A DNA stretch of 63,440 nt. Source: Methyloceanibacter sp. Lineage in GTDB: Bacteria > Pseudomonadota > Alphaproteobacteria > Rhizobiales > Methyloligellaceae. The DNA is taken from positions 1 to 63,440 of the forward strand of contig DATHCZ010000003.1 in NCBI GenBank assembly GCA_035319265.1, written 5' to 3'. The notes below the pieces were generated by a model, which made no database searches, was not told the origin of the DNA, and saw nothing but the letters and a program-made list of their open reading frames with translations. The position numbers and the translations under genes were made by a program. Shown one piece after another: positions 40,350 to 52,527 of the stretch (position 1 is its first letter; every line of letters begins with the position of its first letter).

Positions 40350-41930
40350 TTAAGAAGCGAGCATCGTCTCCGGCTTCCGCCTACCCTCGCGTGCAAGCAG
40401 CTTGTTCAGCGCGCTTACATAGGCCCGCGCCGAGGCAACGAGGGTATCGGTGTCCGAGCCGCGCCCAGTCACCGTTTTGCCGTCGGCCTCGAGCCGCACG
40501 GTCACCTCGGCCTGGGCATCGGTCCCTTCCGTCACGGCGCTCACCTGATAGAGTGGGAGCCGCGCCTCGTGGGGCACGAGCGCCTTGATCGCCCGGAAGG
40601 TTGCATCGACGGGGCCATCGCCGGTCGATTCGTGGGTGTGCTGCTTGCCGTCGACATCGAGGGTGAGCGTCGCCTTTTGCGGCCCGCCAGTCCCGGCGAT
40701 CACGGTCAGCGCCACAACCTTGATGCGGTCATGGGCGGAAGCGATCTCCTGGTCGACCAACGCCTCCAGATCCTCGTCATAGACGTGCTTCTTGCGGTCG
40801 GCGAGCGCCTTGAAGCGGACGAAAGCGTCCTCGAAGGCATTGTCGCCGAGCTCGTAACCGAGCTCCTTCAGCTTCTCGCGGAAGGCGTGGCGGCCCGAAT
40901 GCTTGCCCATGACGAGCGAGGATTCCTTCAAGCCTACACTCTCGGGCGTCATGATCTCGAAGGTCTCGGCATGCTTCAGCACGCCATCCTGGTGAATGCC
41001 GCTCTCATGGGCGAAGGCGTTGCGGCCGACGATGGCCTTGTTGTACTGCACCGGGAAGGCGGTGACGCGGGACACGAGTCTCGAGGCGCGAGTCAGCATG
41101 GTCGTGTCGATGCCGGTCCAGAACGGCATCACGTCGCCGCGCGTCCTGATGGCCATGACAACCTCTTCCAGAGCCGCATTGCCGGCACGCTCGCCGAGCC
41201 CATTGACGGCGCATTCGACCTGACGCGCGCCGGCACCGACGCCCGCCAAAGAGTTGGCGACGGCAAGGCCGAGGTCGTTGTGGCAATGAGTGGAGAACAC
41301 CGTGCGCTCGGCGCCCGGCACCCGCTCGACGATCATGCGAATCAGAGCGGCGAACTCGTCAGGCGTGGCATAGCCGACCGTGTCGGGAATATTGACGGTG
41401 GTGGCACCGGCCTTGATCGCCGCCTCGACGCAACGGCAGAGGAAATCGTGCTCGGTGCGGGTCGCATCCATCGCCGACCATTCGACGTCGTCGGTATAGC
41501 TCCGCGCCCGCGCTACCGATTGGGTAACGCGCGCGAGCACCTCGGCCTCGTCGATCCCCATCTGATATTTGCGATGGAGCGGCGAGGTGCCGATGAAGGT
41601 GTGAATGCGGCCGCGCTTGGCGGGCTGGATCGCTTCGGCGCAGCGGTCGATGTCCTTCATTTGCGCCCGGGCAAGGCCGCAGACCACCGAATTCTTGGCG
41701 CGGCGCGCGATCTCCTGCACCGAGTTGAAATCGCCTTCGGAGGCGATGGGGAAGCCGGCCTCGATGATGTCGACGCCCATTTCATCGAGCAGCTCAGCGA
41801 CCTCGAGCTTCTCGTCAAAGGTCATGGTGGCGCCGGGGCACTGCTCGCCGTCCCGCAAGGTCGTGTCGAAGATCACCACGCGGTCCCGCTCGGGGCGCGC
41901 CGGCTTCTGTTCGTTGGGATTGGACTCCAT
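40350..41930 (-). CDS. leuA: 2-isopropylmalate synthase
   Basis: FDTTLRDGEQ, HCHNDLGLA, GERAGN, AHESGIHQDG; C-terminal regulatory domain. Confidence 0.97.
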   Translation of the reverse strand: MESNPNEQKPARPERDRVVIFDTTLRDGEQCPGATMTFDEKLEVAELLDEMGVDIIEAGFPIASEGDFNSVQEIARRAKNSVVCGLARAQMKDIDRCAEAIQPAKRGRIHTFIGTSPLHRKYQMGIDEAEVLARVTQSVARARSYTDDVEWSAMDATRTEHDFLCRCVEAAIKAGATTVNIPDTVGYATPDEFAALIRMIVERVPGAERTVFSTHCHNDLGLAVANSLAGVGAGARQVECAVNGLGERAGNAALEEVVMAIRTRGDVMPFWTGIDTTMLTRASRLVSRVTAFPVQYNKAIVGRNAFAHESGIHQDGVLKHAETFEIMTPESVGLKESSLVMGKHSGRHAFREKLKELGYELGDNAFEDAFVRFKALADRKKHVYDEDLEALVDQEIASAHDRIKVVALTVIAGTGGPQKATLTLDVDGKQHTHESTGDGPVDATFRAIKALVPHEARLPLYQVSAVTEGTDAQAEVTVRLEADGKTVTGRGSDTDTLVASARAYVSALNKLLAREGRRKPETMLAS

Positions 41931-42009
41931 GTCTCTCGTCCTTAGGCGTTGAGCGTCAGTCTACCACGACCGACGAGCCGATTGAATTTTCTCGGATTTA
42001 GATTGCCAT

Positions 42010-42092
42010 CCCCTGAACGCCCGCCCCGTTACCGGGGCTCGAGGAGCTCAGGGGCGTCTAAGGAGGAGGTTCGAAAGCGCGCGCGTGACCAC
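42010..42092 (-). promoter_or_regulatory. leuA leader: Leu-codon leader peptide overlapping a structured RNA (attenuator-like)
   Basis: Minus-strand uORF ...VVTRALSNLLLRRP* (CTC CTC CTT at 42060-42068, stop 42048). CCCCTGA/TCAGGGG helix encloses a GCCCCG/CGGGGC hairpin. Confidence 0.7.
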
Positions 42093-42199
42093 CAGCGCAA
42101 TGGCGCCTCTGTCAAACCCGATCTGGCCGTTCGAACGCTGCATGGGGCGGAAAATAGTGCGAAGCCCGTCCCGGGGCAAGGGCGCAGCAGGCCGCTCGC

Positions 42200-42763
42200 C
42201 TAGTCTTGCTTCTTGGTCTTGTCGACGCGGCGGCGGCGCGGGGTCACCAGAGGAGGCGGCACGAAGCCGGGAAGTTCGACATCGGGCTGATTGACGAAGA
42301 TCAGCACGCCGAGCACCGCCACATAAAGGCGGAAGGCGGCCTCCTGACCGTTCCAAGTGGTCGACTGCCACATGGCGAACCACTCGCCGGCGACAACCAT
42401 GAAGCCGAAGAACCAGACGAGGAAGGCGAGCAAGCAGGCGGCGATGGTGTAGATCTTGGCTTGGTTGAACATTTCGGCCGGCGCGTTCCTCACCTGGAAC
42501 AGGCGGATGGCACCGGCAAAAAACAGGACGCCGGTCACCCCTTCGGCGGCGATGATCAGCGCATAGAAAATCTGCCAAAGCAGCGGGCTCGTGATCGAAC
42601 GGTACATGAGCGCGTTGCCGGGGAAGGTCGTATCCATGCTCATGACGTGCTGCACGAAGAGATAGTTTGTTCCGTAGTCGGTCAGATTGTCGAAGGTGAC
42701 GAGGAGGCAGAAGGCGGCGAGCACGAGGCCCAGCACGATCTTAGCGTAGCGGGTGATCAGCAT
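42200..42763 (-). CDS. DUF2165 family integral membrane protein
   Basis: NLTDYGTNYLFVQHVMSMDT, GEWFAMWQS..WNG. Confidence 0.88.
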   Translation of the reverse strand: MLITRYAKIVLGLVLAAFCLLVTFDNLTDYGTNYLFVQHVMSMDTTFPGNALMYRSITSPLLWQIFYALIIAAEGVTGVLFFAGAIRLFQVRNAPAEMFNQAKIYTIAACLLAFLVWFFGFMVVAGEWFAMWQSTTWNGQEAAFRLYVAVLGVLIFVNQPDVELPGFVPPPLVTPRRRRVDKTKKQD

Positions 42764-42891
42764 TGCTCGTCCCCCTCCCCGAAGAGTTAGGAACTCTACC
42801 CTCAAACGCCCGCGATCGTGCGCGACTTATGCCCGGCATCCACGGCTTTTGGCGGGGATCCGGGGGTCATGCCGGAAGGCCTGTCGAGACG

Positions 42892-43926
<1,035 letters not shown>

Positions 43927-44035
43927 CTAAAGGTTGGCTTGCTCGGCCGCGTTTGTGACGCCCGTGGCAGCACTTTGCAAGGGGTCATGCCGGGGGTCTA
44001 ATCGCCAAGAAAATCGAATCGGGGAGGATTGCGAC

Positions 44036-44419
44036 GTGAAGAACATCGATCGCTGGTTCATTCTGATCGGGTTGCTGTGCGGGATTTTCGGCTTCGCCTT
44101 CGGCATCTGGATGGGGGTGGGCGAGCATTTCGAGCTTGCCCCGGTGCACGCCCATATCAACCTCGTGGGCTTCGCCTCGATGACGTTGTTCGGGCTCATC
44201 TATCGCGCGTATCCCGCGCTCGCCGAGAGCAAGCTCGCCACCGCCCATTTCGTGATCTTTACCATCGGCGCGGTCCTGTTCATTGCCGGGCTTCCGCTCG
44301 CGCAAGCTCACCAAACCATCGCGCTCGCGGTGATCGGCTCGCTTTGCGTGCTGGTGGGCCTCCTCGTGTTCCTGGCGAATTTCCTATTGAACGCCTTCAG
44401 CGCCAAGTCACGAGGCTAG
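44036..44419 (+). CDS. Small four-TM membrane protein with HAHINLVG motif
   Basis: GGAGG RBS before GTG 44036; four hydrophobic helices; His-x-His motif. Confidence 0.75.
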   Translation: MKNIDRWFILIGLLCGIFGFAFGIWMGVGEHFELAPVHAHINLVGFASMTLFGLIYRAYPALAESKLATAHFVIFTIGAVLFIAGLPLAQAHQTIALAVIGSLCVLVGLLVFLANFLLNAFSAKSRG

Positions 44420-44422
44420 CGT

Positions 44423-44965
44423 CTACATCCGCTCTGGCCCCCGGGCGATGGCGGCCAGGCCGGTGCGGGCGACCTCGACCAGGCCAAGCGGCTGCATCAG
44501 CGCGATGAACTGCTCGATCTTCGATTGCTTGCCGGTGATCTCGAATACGAAATGCTCGGTCGAGGCGTCGATCACCTGGGCGCGGAAGGCTTCCGCCAAG
44601 CGCAAAGCCTCGACGCGCTTCTCGCCCTTGCCTGCGACCTTGACCATGGCGAGCTCGCGCTCGATCGGGTTGCCTTTGACCGTCAAGTCGGTGACCGAAT
44701 GAACCGGAACCAGCCGCTCCAACTGATGCTGGATCTGCTCGATCACCATGGGTGGGCCCGAGGTGACGATGGTGATGCGTGACAGATGGGCTTCGTGCTC
44801 GGTCTCCGAGACGGTCAGCGACTCGATGTTGTAGCCACGACCAGAGAATAGCCCGATGACGCGCGCGAGCACGCCGGGCTCGTTGTCCACGAGCACGGTC
44901 ATGGTGTGCGTCTCTGGCTTCTCTTCGCGCTTCTCGAGCGAATAGGCCGAACCGGGCTGGGTCAT
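44423..44965 (-). CDS. ilvN: Acetolactate synthase small (regulatory) subunit
   Basis: VDNEPGVLARVIGLFSGRGYNIESL, ERELAMVKV, EVARTG. Confidence 0.96.
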   Translation of the reverse strand: MTQPGSAYSLEKREEKPETHTMTVLVDNEPGVLARVIGLFSGRGYNIESLTVSETEHEAHLSRITIVTSGPPMVIEQIQHQLERLVPVHSVTDLTVKGNPIERELAMVKVAGKGEKRVEALRLAEAFRAQVIDASTEHFVFEITGKQSKIEQFIALMQPLGLVEVARTGLAAIARGPERM

Positions 44966-45486
44966 CAATGCCCTCCCTCTTCGGAATTGGCCGCGCCCTT
45001 TCCGCCGAGTTCGAGCATGCGCAGCGCCGCCGCGATGAGAAAGATCGACGCCGGAAGCACAAGCATCGGCCAATCGAAAAGCTTTCCGGAATCGACGGTG
45101 CCGACCACGACGCGGGCGAAGATGACGATCAAGACGACGATGACGACTTCGGCGAGCGTCGCCTTGAGCTGCCCAACTCCCCCGATTTTCATCCAGTTCG
45201 GGAGCCGCTCTCCATACCCCTCGGGCAAGGTGAACACGAAGCCGATGGCGATGCCATAGGCGAAGATTACGAGAACGATGCCGAACAGGAAGGCGTCGAC
45301 GGCCTCGAGCACGGGCACGACGACCTGGGCGGCGGAGAAGAAGAAGTCGTGCCAGGCGTGATAGAGGTAGCGTGCGCCCTGCAGGAACATCAGCAGCGCG
45401 CCGACGATGGCGCCGGCCGAGCCGATCAGCATGATGGCTCTCAGGCCGAGCAGGAAGCTCAGCAAAGTGCGGGTCCCCGAGGTCAT
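44965..45486 (-). CDS. YqhA (UPF0114) family membrane protein
   Basis: VLEAVDAFLFGIVLVIFAYG, W.KI....QLKATLAEVVIV; sits between ilvB and ilvN. Confidence 0.8.
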   Translation of the reverse strand: MTSGTRTLLSFLLGLRAIMLIGSAGAIVGALLMFLQGARYLYHAWHDFFFSAAQVVVPVLEAVDAFLFGIVLVIFAYGIAIGFVFTLPEGYGERLPNWMKIGGVGQLKATLAEVVIVVLIVIFARVVVGTVDSGKLFDWPMLVLPASIFLIAAALRMLELGGKGAANSEEGGH

Positions 45487-45488
45487 GA

Positions 45489-47255
45489 CTAGACCATCAC
45501 CTTGCCTTCCTCGGTGATGGCGTTCTCGATGTCCTGTTCAGTCAGATCATCGCCCATCAGCATGTGATTATGCGCTTCCCCGCTCGGGATCATGGGGAAG
45601 CAATTGGCATGCTTGTCGACCCGGCAGTCGAAGATGACGGGCTTGGGCACGGCCATCATCTCTCTGATTGCGTCGTCGAGCTCGGACGGCTTCTCGGCCC
45701 GGATGCCGACCCCCTGATAGGCCTCGGCGAGCTTGACGAAGTCGGGCAGAGCCGCGGTGTAGGAGTGCGAGTAGCGCCCGCCGTGCAGCAGCTCCTGCCA
45801 CTGGCGAACCATGCCCATATATTCATTGTTGAGGATGAAGATCTTGATCGGCAAGTCGTACTGCGCTGCCGTCGACATCTCCTGCATGGTCATCAGCACC
45901 GAGGCCTCGCCGGCGATGTCGATGACGAGCGAGTTCGGATGGGCGACCTGCACGCCGACCGCCGACGGCAGACCGTAACCCATAGTGCCGAGGCCGCCTG
46001 ACGTCATCCAGCGGTTCGGCTCCTCGAACTTGAAGAACTGGGCGGCCCACATCTGGTGCTGGCCGACCTCGGTGGTGATGTAGACGTCATGGCCGCGCGT
46101 CAGCGCGTAAAGCCGCTCGATCGCGTATTGCGGCATGATCACATCGTCGCGCTTCTTGTAGTGAAGGCATTTCCGCGCACGCCAATTGTCGATCGTCGCC
46201 CACCACGTTTTGAGCGCCGCCTTGTTGAGCTTGGCCTTGCGCGCAGACCACGCATCGATCATCTGCTCCAGAACCTTGGCGCAGTCCCCGACGATGGGGA
46301 TATCGACCTTGATGTTCTTGTTGATCGAGGAGCGGTCGATATCGACGTGGATCTTTTTTGAGCCGGGCGAAAATGCATCGACCCTCCCGGTGATGCGGTC
46401 GTCGAAACGCGCGCCGATGCAGATCATCACGTCGCAATCGTGCATAGCATTGTTGGCCTCGTAAGTGCCGTGCATGCCGAGCATGCCGAGCCACTGCTTG
46501 TCGGAGGCGGGATAGGCGCCGAGCCCCATCAGTGTCGAAGTGACGGGAAATCCGGTCATGCGCACCAGCTCGCGGAGTCTCGCGCTCGCCAGCGGCCCTG
46601 AATTGATGACGCCGCCACCGGTATAAAAGATCGGCCGCTTGGCCTTGACCATCAGTTCGACTGCTGCCGCGACGGCACCGTCGTCGCCAACCGTCTTCGG
46701 GTTGTAGCTCTTGTGTTGCGAATTGGTGAGCCCGGTATAAAGGCCTTTGGCGAACTGGATGTCCTTGGGGATATCGACCACGACTGGTCCGGGGCGCCCG
46801 GTCCGCGCGACATAGAACGCCTCGTGCAGAACGCGCGAGAGATTGTTCACGTCCTTGACGAGATAATTGTGCTTCGTGCATGGCCGGGTGATGCCGACCG
46901 TATCGCACTCTTGGAAGGCGTCGTTGCCGATCAGGTGAGTCGGCACCTGCCCGGTGATGCACACCACGGGAATGGAATCCATCAACGCGTCGGTCAGCCC
47001 CGTGACGGCATTGGTGGCACCGGGGCCGGAGGTGACGAGCACGACGCCAACCTTGCCGGTCGAGCGCGCGTAGCCTTCGGCGGCATGGACCGCCCCCTGT
47101 TCGTGGCGGACGAGGATGTGCTTGATGCGATCCTGCTGGAACAGCTCGTCGTAAATCGGAAGGACGGCACCCCCCGGATACCCGAAGATGTGCTCGACAC
47201 CTTGATCGGCGAGAGCCTCAAGCACGATTTGGGCGCCTGTCATCGCGCGCGACAT
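45489..47255 (-). CDS. ilvB: Acetolactate synthase large subunit
   Basis: FGYPGGAVLPIYD, RHEQGA, TSGPGATN, RFDDR, GQHQMW, SGGLGTMG, MVRQWQ. Confidence 0.98.
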   Translation of the reverse strand: MSRAMTGAQIVLEALADQGVEHIFGYPGGAVLPIYDELFQQDRIKHILVRHEQGAVHAAEGYARSTGKVGVVLVTSGPGATNAVTGLTDALMDSIPVVCITGQVPTHLIGNDAFQECDTVGITRPCTKHNYLVKDVNNLSRVLHEAFYVARTGRPGPVVVDIPKDIQFAKGLYTGLTNSQHKSYNPKTVGDDGAVAAAVELMVKAKRPIFYTGGGVINSGPLASARLRELVRMTGFPVTSTLMGLGAYPASDKQWLGMLGMHGTYEANNAMHDCDVMICIGARFDDRITGRVDAFSPGSKKIHVDIDRSSINKNIKVDIPIVGDCAKVLEQMIDAWSARKAKLNKAALKTWWATIDNWRARKCLHYKKRDDVIMPQYAIERLYALTRGHDVYITTEVGQHQMWAAQFFKFEEPNRWMTSGGLGTMGYGLPSAVGVQVAHPNSLVIDIAGEASVLMTMQEMSTAAQYDLPIKIFILNNEYMGMVRQWQELLHGGRYSHSYTAALPDFVKLAEAYQGVGIRAEKPSELDDAIREMMAVPKPVIFDCRVDKHANCFPMIPSGEAHNHMLMGDDLTEQDIENAITEEGKVMV

Positions 47256-47355
47256 GTCGGTCTCACTCGTTTGGTAAAAGAAAGCCTTCGCGCCTTAAGG
47301 GTCCGCGGGGCCGTCAAAGCTCGAGGAATAGCGGAAAAGCGTGAATAAGGCGCGC

Positions 47356-47384
47356 ACCGTAAGGTTTTCAAGAGGAGGGGTCAA
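47356..47384 (-). promoter_or_regulatory. Putative sigma70 promoter of the ilvB operon
   Basis: Minus strand TTGACC-17 nt-TACGGT. Confidence 0.45.
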
Positions 47385-47619
47385 CGGTGAATGCGAATGA
47401 ATGGGAAGATTCATCGCGATTCACTTTCCAGAAATTGCGCCATAGCCTCTTAGCATTGGGCTTTCTTGCTTGCTAAGGTCTTCCCACTTTGCAACTGACG
47501 GCTGTCAGTGGCCGGCCCTAGACAAGCGTGCCGCTTCCGCCTATGTGGCTACCGCTTGATGGATCGCGTCGGCAATCTCGGCGTTTCCGCGATACCACTT
47601 AACGCCCTTTCACTTCCCG

Positions 47620-49542
47620 ATGCCGCAGGTCCATTCAGAACTTCCTGGTGCCAATGGCGCTGAAGCGGAGGCGCACTCACCGCGCACCTTCTGGGCGCTC
47701 ACGCTCGGGAGCATGGGCGTCGTGTTCGGCGACATCGGCACGAGCCCACTTTACGCGTTTCGCGTCGCGCTCCAGGCGGCGGCGGGACCAAGCAATATCG
47801 TTACGCGTGAAAGCGTGCTCGGAGTCCTGTCTCTAATCCTCTGGGCACTGATCCTCGTCGTCACCTGCAAATATGTGCTGATCCTGCTTCGCGCCGACAA
47901 CAAGGGCGAAGGAGGCACGCTGTCGCTCATGGCCCTGGCTCAGGGCGCGCTTGGCCAAGGGCGTATCCGCTTTACCATGCTCTTGCTCGGCATGATCGCC
48001 GCGGCCTTGTTCTATGGCGATGCGCTCATTACCCCGGCCATCTCGGTGTTGTCGGCGGTCGAAGGCGTGGAGGTCGGCGCGCCGCACTTGCGGGAATATG
48101 TGGTGCCGCTGACCGTGATCATCCTGCTCGCGTTGTTCGCCGTGCAATCGCGCGGCACCGCGCGGGTCGCGGCGTTCTTCGGGCCGGTAATGACGTTGTG
48201 GTTCGTTGCCATCGGGGGCGTTGGTCTCGTCCACATCGCCGACGATCCGAGTGTGTTCGCGGCCCTGAACCCAATGCACGCAATCCGCTTCCTCGCAAGC
48301 CACGGCTATATCGGACTGGTGACGCTCGGCGCCGTGTTTCTCGCCGTCACCGGTGCCGAGGCGCTCTATGCCGATCTCGGCCATTTCGGCCGAAGGCCGA
48401 TTCAAACAGCGTGGCTCTATTTCGTTTTCCCCGCCCTCGTCCTCAATTATTTCGGGCAAGGGGCGCTCGTCCTCGCCGAACCGACAGCCATCGGCAATCC
48501 GTTCTACCGCATGGTACCGCCGTGGGCGCTCTATCCCATGATCGCTCTGGCCACAGCCGCCACTATCATCGCGAGTCAGGCTGTGATCACCGGGGCCTTC
48601 TCGCTCACCAACCAGGCCGTGCAGCTGGGTCTGCTGCCCCGCCTTCAAATCAGGCGCACTTCCGCGACCCAGGCCGGCCAGATCTTCATTCCGCGCATCA
48701 ATGTGCTGCTGCTCATCGGAGTCCTCCTACTGGTTATCGTGTTCCGCTCGTCGACTGCGCTCGCCGCGGCCTATGGCGTGGCCGTCACCGGCACCATGCT
48801 GGTGGACGGATTGATGGGTTTCACCGTGATCTGGAGGGTGTGGAACTGGTCGCTCGGAGCAGCGCTTGCGCTCATGCTGCCCTTCACCCTGATCGATCTC
48901 ACCTTCCTCATCGCCAATCTGCTCAAGGTACCGCAGGGGGGGTGGGTGCCTCTTCTCATCGGCTGCTGTCTCGTCACCGTCATGCTCACCTGGCGTAGGG
49001 GCGCGCAGATTCTTGCTGCCAAGACGCGTAGGCTGGAAATGCCCGTCGAGGAGCTGATCAAGCTGTTGGAGAAAAAGCCGCCGCCGCGCGTTCCCGGCAC
49101 CGCGGTGTTCTTGACCGCAGCGCCGGAAAGCGCGCCGACCGCGCTTCTGCACAGCCTGAAGCACTACAAGGTCCTGCACGAGAGCAACGTGATCCTCACT
49201 ATCGTGGTCGAGAATGTGCCTCGCGTCGCGCCGCAGGACCGCGTGGAGATGGACAAGATCGGCGACAATTTCCTGCGCGTGGTGCTGCATTTCGGTTTCA
49301 TGGAGACGCCCAATATCCCGAAGGCGCTCGCCATCGCACGCAAGGCCGGCTGGAGCTTCGACATCATGGCGACGTCGTTTTTCCTATCGCGGCGCGTTGT
49401 GCGTCCTGATGTGCGCTCCGGCATGCCCGCCTGGCAGGACAAACTCTTCATCTTTCTGGCTCAGAACGCCGACGACGCATCAAGCTATTTCCAGCTCCCG
49501 ACCGACCGCGTGGTGGAGATCGGGACGCAAGTCACGGTCTGA
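47620..49542 (+). CDS. kup: Potassium transporter Kup, copy 1
   Basis: [54 protein letters not shown]. Confidence 0.97.
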   Translation: MPQVHSELPGANGAEAEAHSPRTFWALTLGSMGVVFGDIGTSPLYAFRVALQAAAGPSNIVTRESVLGVLSLILWALILVVTCKYVLILLRADNKGEGGTLSLMALAQGALGQGRIRFTMLLLGMIAAALFYGDALITPAISVLSAVEGVEVGAPHLREYVVPLTVIILLALFAVQSRGTARVAAFFGPVMTLWFVAIGGVGLVHIADDPSVFAALNPMHAIRFLASHGYIGLVTLGAVFLAVTGAEALYADLGHFGRRPIQTAWLYFVFPALVLNYFGQGALVLAEPTAIGNPFYRMVPPWALYPMIALATAATIIASQAVITGAFSLTNQAVQLGLLPRLQIRRTSATQAGQIFIPRINVLLLIGVLLLVIVFRSSTALAAAYGVAVTGTMLVDGLMGFTVIWRVWNWSLGAALALMLPFTLIDLTFLIANLLKVPQGGWVPLLIGCCLVTVMLTWRRGAQILAAKTRRLEMPVEELIKLLEKKPPPRVPGTAVFLTAAPESAPTALLHSLKHYKVLHESNVILTIVVENVPRVAPQDRVEMDKIGDNFLRVVLHFGFMETPNIPKALAIARKAGWSFDIMATSFFLSRRVVRPDVRSGMPAWQDKLFIFLAQNADDASSYFQLPTDRVVEIGTQVTV

Positions 49543-49682
49543 CGCGCGAGTGCCGTCGGGATTCACAAAACAATTCGTTGTATGGACAGGGGGCACGCTA
49601 AGGTCTATGCCGCCTCCCGCCAGGACGGGCCGCGCATAGCGCCTCGTCCGCACCATACGCGAACGATCACATTTCCCTCGCA

Positions 49683-51596
49683 ATGACACACCGCACCAAA
49701 GTCGCCGAGACCGCCGACGGGCCTGGGCTGGAAACGTCGCACCCGAAATTTTTTGGGCTGATGCTGGGCTGCATCGGCGTCGTCTATGGCGACATCGGCA
49801 CGAGCCCGCTCTATGCCCTGCGCGAATCGGTACTTGCCGCCGTGGGGCCGACCGCTCAGGCCGGCGAAGAAGTCATTCTCGGCATTCTCTCGCTGATCAT
49901 CTGGGCGCTTATTCTCATCGTCACGGTGAAATACGTGATGATTTTGCTCCGCGCCGACAATAACGGCGAAGGCGGAACCCTCGCGCTGATGGCGCTCGCC
50001 CGGCGCGCGCTTGGCGGCAACGGTTTCACCATCGTGCTGCTCGGCATGATTAGCGCGGCGCTGTTTTATGGCGATGCGATGATCACGCCGGCCCTGTCGG
50101 TGCTGTCGGCCGTCGAAGGCTTGGAGGTCATCACGCCCGCGCTTGCCCGCTACGTGGTGCCGCTCTCGGTGATGATCCTGTTCGCCTTGTTCGCGGTGCA
50201 ATCGCGCGGCACGGCGCGGGTTGCCACTTTCTTCGGCCCCATCACCCTTCTCTGGTTCTTCGCCCTCGCCGTTGGCGGTGCCTGGCATGTGGCACAGAAC
50301 CCAAGCGTGCTCGCCGCGTTCAACCCGGTGCATGGCGTGAGCTTTCTTCTCAGCCACGGCATAATCGGGCTGCTGACGCTCGGCGCCGTGTTCCTGGTGG
50401 TCACCGGGGCCGAGGCTCTCTACGCCGATCTCGGCCATTTCGGCAGGGGGCCGATCAGGATGGCGTGGCTCACGATCTGCCTGCCGGCGCTCACCATCAA
50501 CTATCTCGGCCAAGGAGCACTTCTGCTCGGTGATTCGCGCGCCATCGCGAATCCGTTCTTTTTGCTTTATCCGGACTGGGCGCGCGCGCCGATGATCGCC
50601 CTTGCGACCGCCGCAACCGTGATCGCGAGCCAGGCCGTGATCTCGGGCGCCTACTCGCTCACCGCACAGGCCATTCAGCTCGGCCTTCTGCCGCGGCTCG
50701 AGATCCGCCACACCTCGGAGTCGCAGTTCGGGCAAATTTACATCCCACGCGTCAACATCATTCTGTTAATCGGCGTGCTTTTGCTCGTCGTCCAGTTCAG
50801 GTCCTCGGGCGCCCTCGCCTCGGCGTACGGCATCGCCGTGACCGGCACGATGGTGGTGACGGCGATCATGGCCTTCATCGTGATCTGGAAATATTGGCAA
50901 TGGCCGGTCCTGGGCGCTGCCGCGCTGATGGCGCCGTTCCTCCTCATCGACCTGATCTTTCTCGGCGCGAACCTGCTCAAGGTGTTCCAGGGCGGCTGGG
51001 TGCCGTTGATGATCGGCGCCATGATGATGACGCTGATGCTTACGTGGGTGAAGGGAGCACGCATCCTCGCCACCAAAACGCGGCGGCTGGAGACCCCAAT
51101 CGACGACTTGATCGATGCGCTGGAGAGGCGGCAGCCACACAAGGTCGCGGGCACCGCCGTGTTCCTGACCGCAGATCCCGAGGCCGCGCCGACTGCGCTT
51201 TTGCACAGCCTAAAGCACTACAAGGTGCTCCATGATCATAACGTGGTGCTCACCCTAATCATCGAGAGCACACCACGCGTTCCGCCGGCCGAGCGTGTCA
51301 GCGTTGCCCCGCTCGGCAAGATCTTCACCCGCGTGCTCGTCCGCTTCGGCTTCATGGAGACGCCCAACATACCGAAGGCGCTCGCGCTTGCGCGTAGGCA
51401 GGGCTTGACCTTCGACATCATGTCGACTTCCTTCTTCTTGTCGCGGCGCGTGGTGAGGCCCGATACCAAATCGGGCATGCGTGTGTGGCAGGATCGACTG
51501 TTCATCATCCTCGCCAAGAATGCCGACGACGCATCGAGCTATTTCGGGCTCCCCACCGATCGCGTGGTGGAGATCGGCACGCAAATCACGGTGTGA
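49683..51596 (+). CDS. kup: Potassium transporter Kup, copy 2
   Basis: [13 protein letters not shown] and the same Kup motifs; tandem paralog of copy 1. Confidence 0.97.
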   Translation: MTHRTKVAETADGPGLETSHPKFFGLMLGCIGVVYGDIGTSPLYALRESVLAAVGPTAQAGEEVILGILSLIIWALILIVTVKYVMILLRADNNGEGGTLALMALARRALGGNGFTIVLLGMISAALFYGDAMITPALSVLSAVEGLEVITPALARYVVPLSVMILFALFAVQSRGTARVATFFGPITLLWFFALAVGGAWHVAQNPSVLAAFNPVHGVSFLLSHGIIGLLTLGAVFLVVTGAEALYADLGHFGRGPIRMAWLTICLPALTINYLGQGALLLGDSRAIANPFFLLYPDWARAPMIALATAATVIASQAVISGAYSLTAQAIQLGLLPRLEIRHTSESQFGQIYIPRVNIILLIGVLLLVVQFRSSGALASAYGIAVTGTMVVTAIMAFIVIWKYWQWPVLGAAALMAPFLLIDLIFLGANLLKVFQGGWVPLMIGAMMMTLMLTWVKGARILATKTRRLETPIDDLIDALERRQPHKVAGTAVFLTADPEAAPTALLHSLKHYKVLHDHNVVLTLIIESTPRVPPAERVSVAPLGKIFTRVLVRFGFMETPNIPKALALARRQGLTFDIMSTSFFLSRRVVRPDTKSGMRVWQDRLFIILAKNADDASSYFGLPTDRVVEIGTQITV

Positions 51597-52527
51597 GCAG
51601 CACCGCCTCGACCGCCTCCTGAGGACCGGGAAACCACTGCCAGTCGGCCATGTAGCGCCTCGCCCAGGTCATCTGCCGCTTGGCGTAGCGCCTCGACTCG
51701 GTCTTCGACTTGATCTTTGCGTCTTCAAGGCTGCACGCGCCGGCAAGATAGGTCCTGAGCTCGCGCACTCCGTGGGCCCGCATGGCGGGAAGGCTGTCGT
51801 CGAGACCCTGCACGAGCAGCGCTTCGACCTCCTCGATGGCTCCATTCTCGATCATGTGGTCGAAGCGGGCATCGATGGCGGCATAGAGCAGCTCGCGCTC
51901 CGGCGCGATGACGAGCCTCGTCACCGCTTGCCCATCGAGGACGGGAGCGGCGGGGGTGCCTTGCCATTCCGCGAGCGAGATGCCCGTCGCATCGATGACC
52001 TCGAGGGCCCGCACCATGCGTTGTGGGTCGTTCGGCTTTAGCTTGGACGCGACGCCGGGATCACGGGCCGCAAGCTCGCGATGGAGTGCTTCGGCGTTAA
52101 GGTGGGCTGCTTGTTCGCGCCAATAAGCGCGCACTTCGGGAGGAATATCGGGGACGGGGGCGAGCCCCTCAAGGAGCGCCTTGAAATAGAGGCCGGTACC
52201 ACCGACCAGGATCGGCAAGCTGCCCTCACCTCTTGCATCGGCGATGGCCGCTTGCGCCGCTTCGAGCCATCGGCCGACCGAAAAGGCCTCGCTTGCCGAG
52301 ACGGTACCGTAAAGGCGATGCGGGGCACTGACTTCGTCGGCTTCGCTCGGCCGCGCAGTGAGCAGGCGAAGCTCGCGATAGAGCTGCATCGAATCGGCGT
52401 TGATGACGGTACCGCCAAGCCGATCGGCAAGGGCGAGTGCCACGGCGGACTTGCCGCTCGCGGTCGGCCCGGCAATAAGCACTATCTTCGCTTCGGCGCG
52501 CACGCTTCCCGCCGGCGGGAGACTCAA
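51586..52527 (-). CDS. miaA: tRNA dimethylallyltransferase
   Basis: [32 protein letters not shown]. Confidence 0.97.
   Translation of the reverse strand: MSLPPAGSVRAEAKIVLIAGPTASGKSAVALALADRLGGTVINADSMQLYRELRLLTARPSEADEVSAPHRLYGTVSASEAFSVGRWLEAAQAAIADARGEGSLPILVGGTGLYFKALLEGLAPVPDIPPEVRAYWREQAAHLNAEALHRELAARDPGVASKLKPNDPQRMVRALEVIDATGISLAEWQGTPAAPVLDGQAVTRLVIAPERELLYAAIDARFDHMIENGAIEEVEALLVQGLDDSLPAMRAHGVRELRTYLAGACSLEDAKIKSKTESRRYAKRQMTWARRYMADWQWFPGPQEAVEAVLLTP

Noticed and set aside
40335-41945. 536-aa plus-strand ORF
   Set aside because: Mirror of leuA on the opposite strand.
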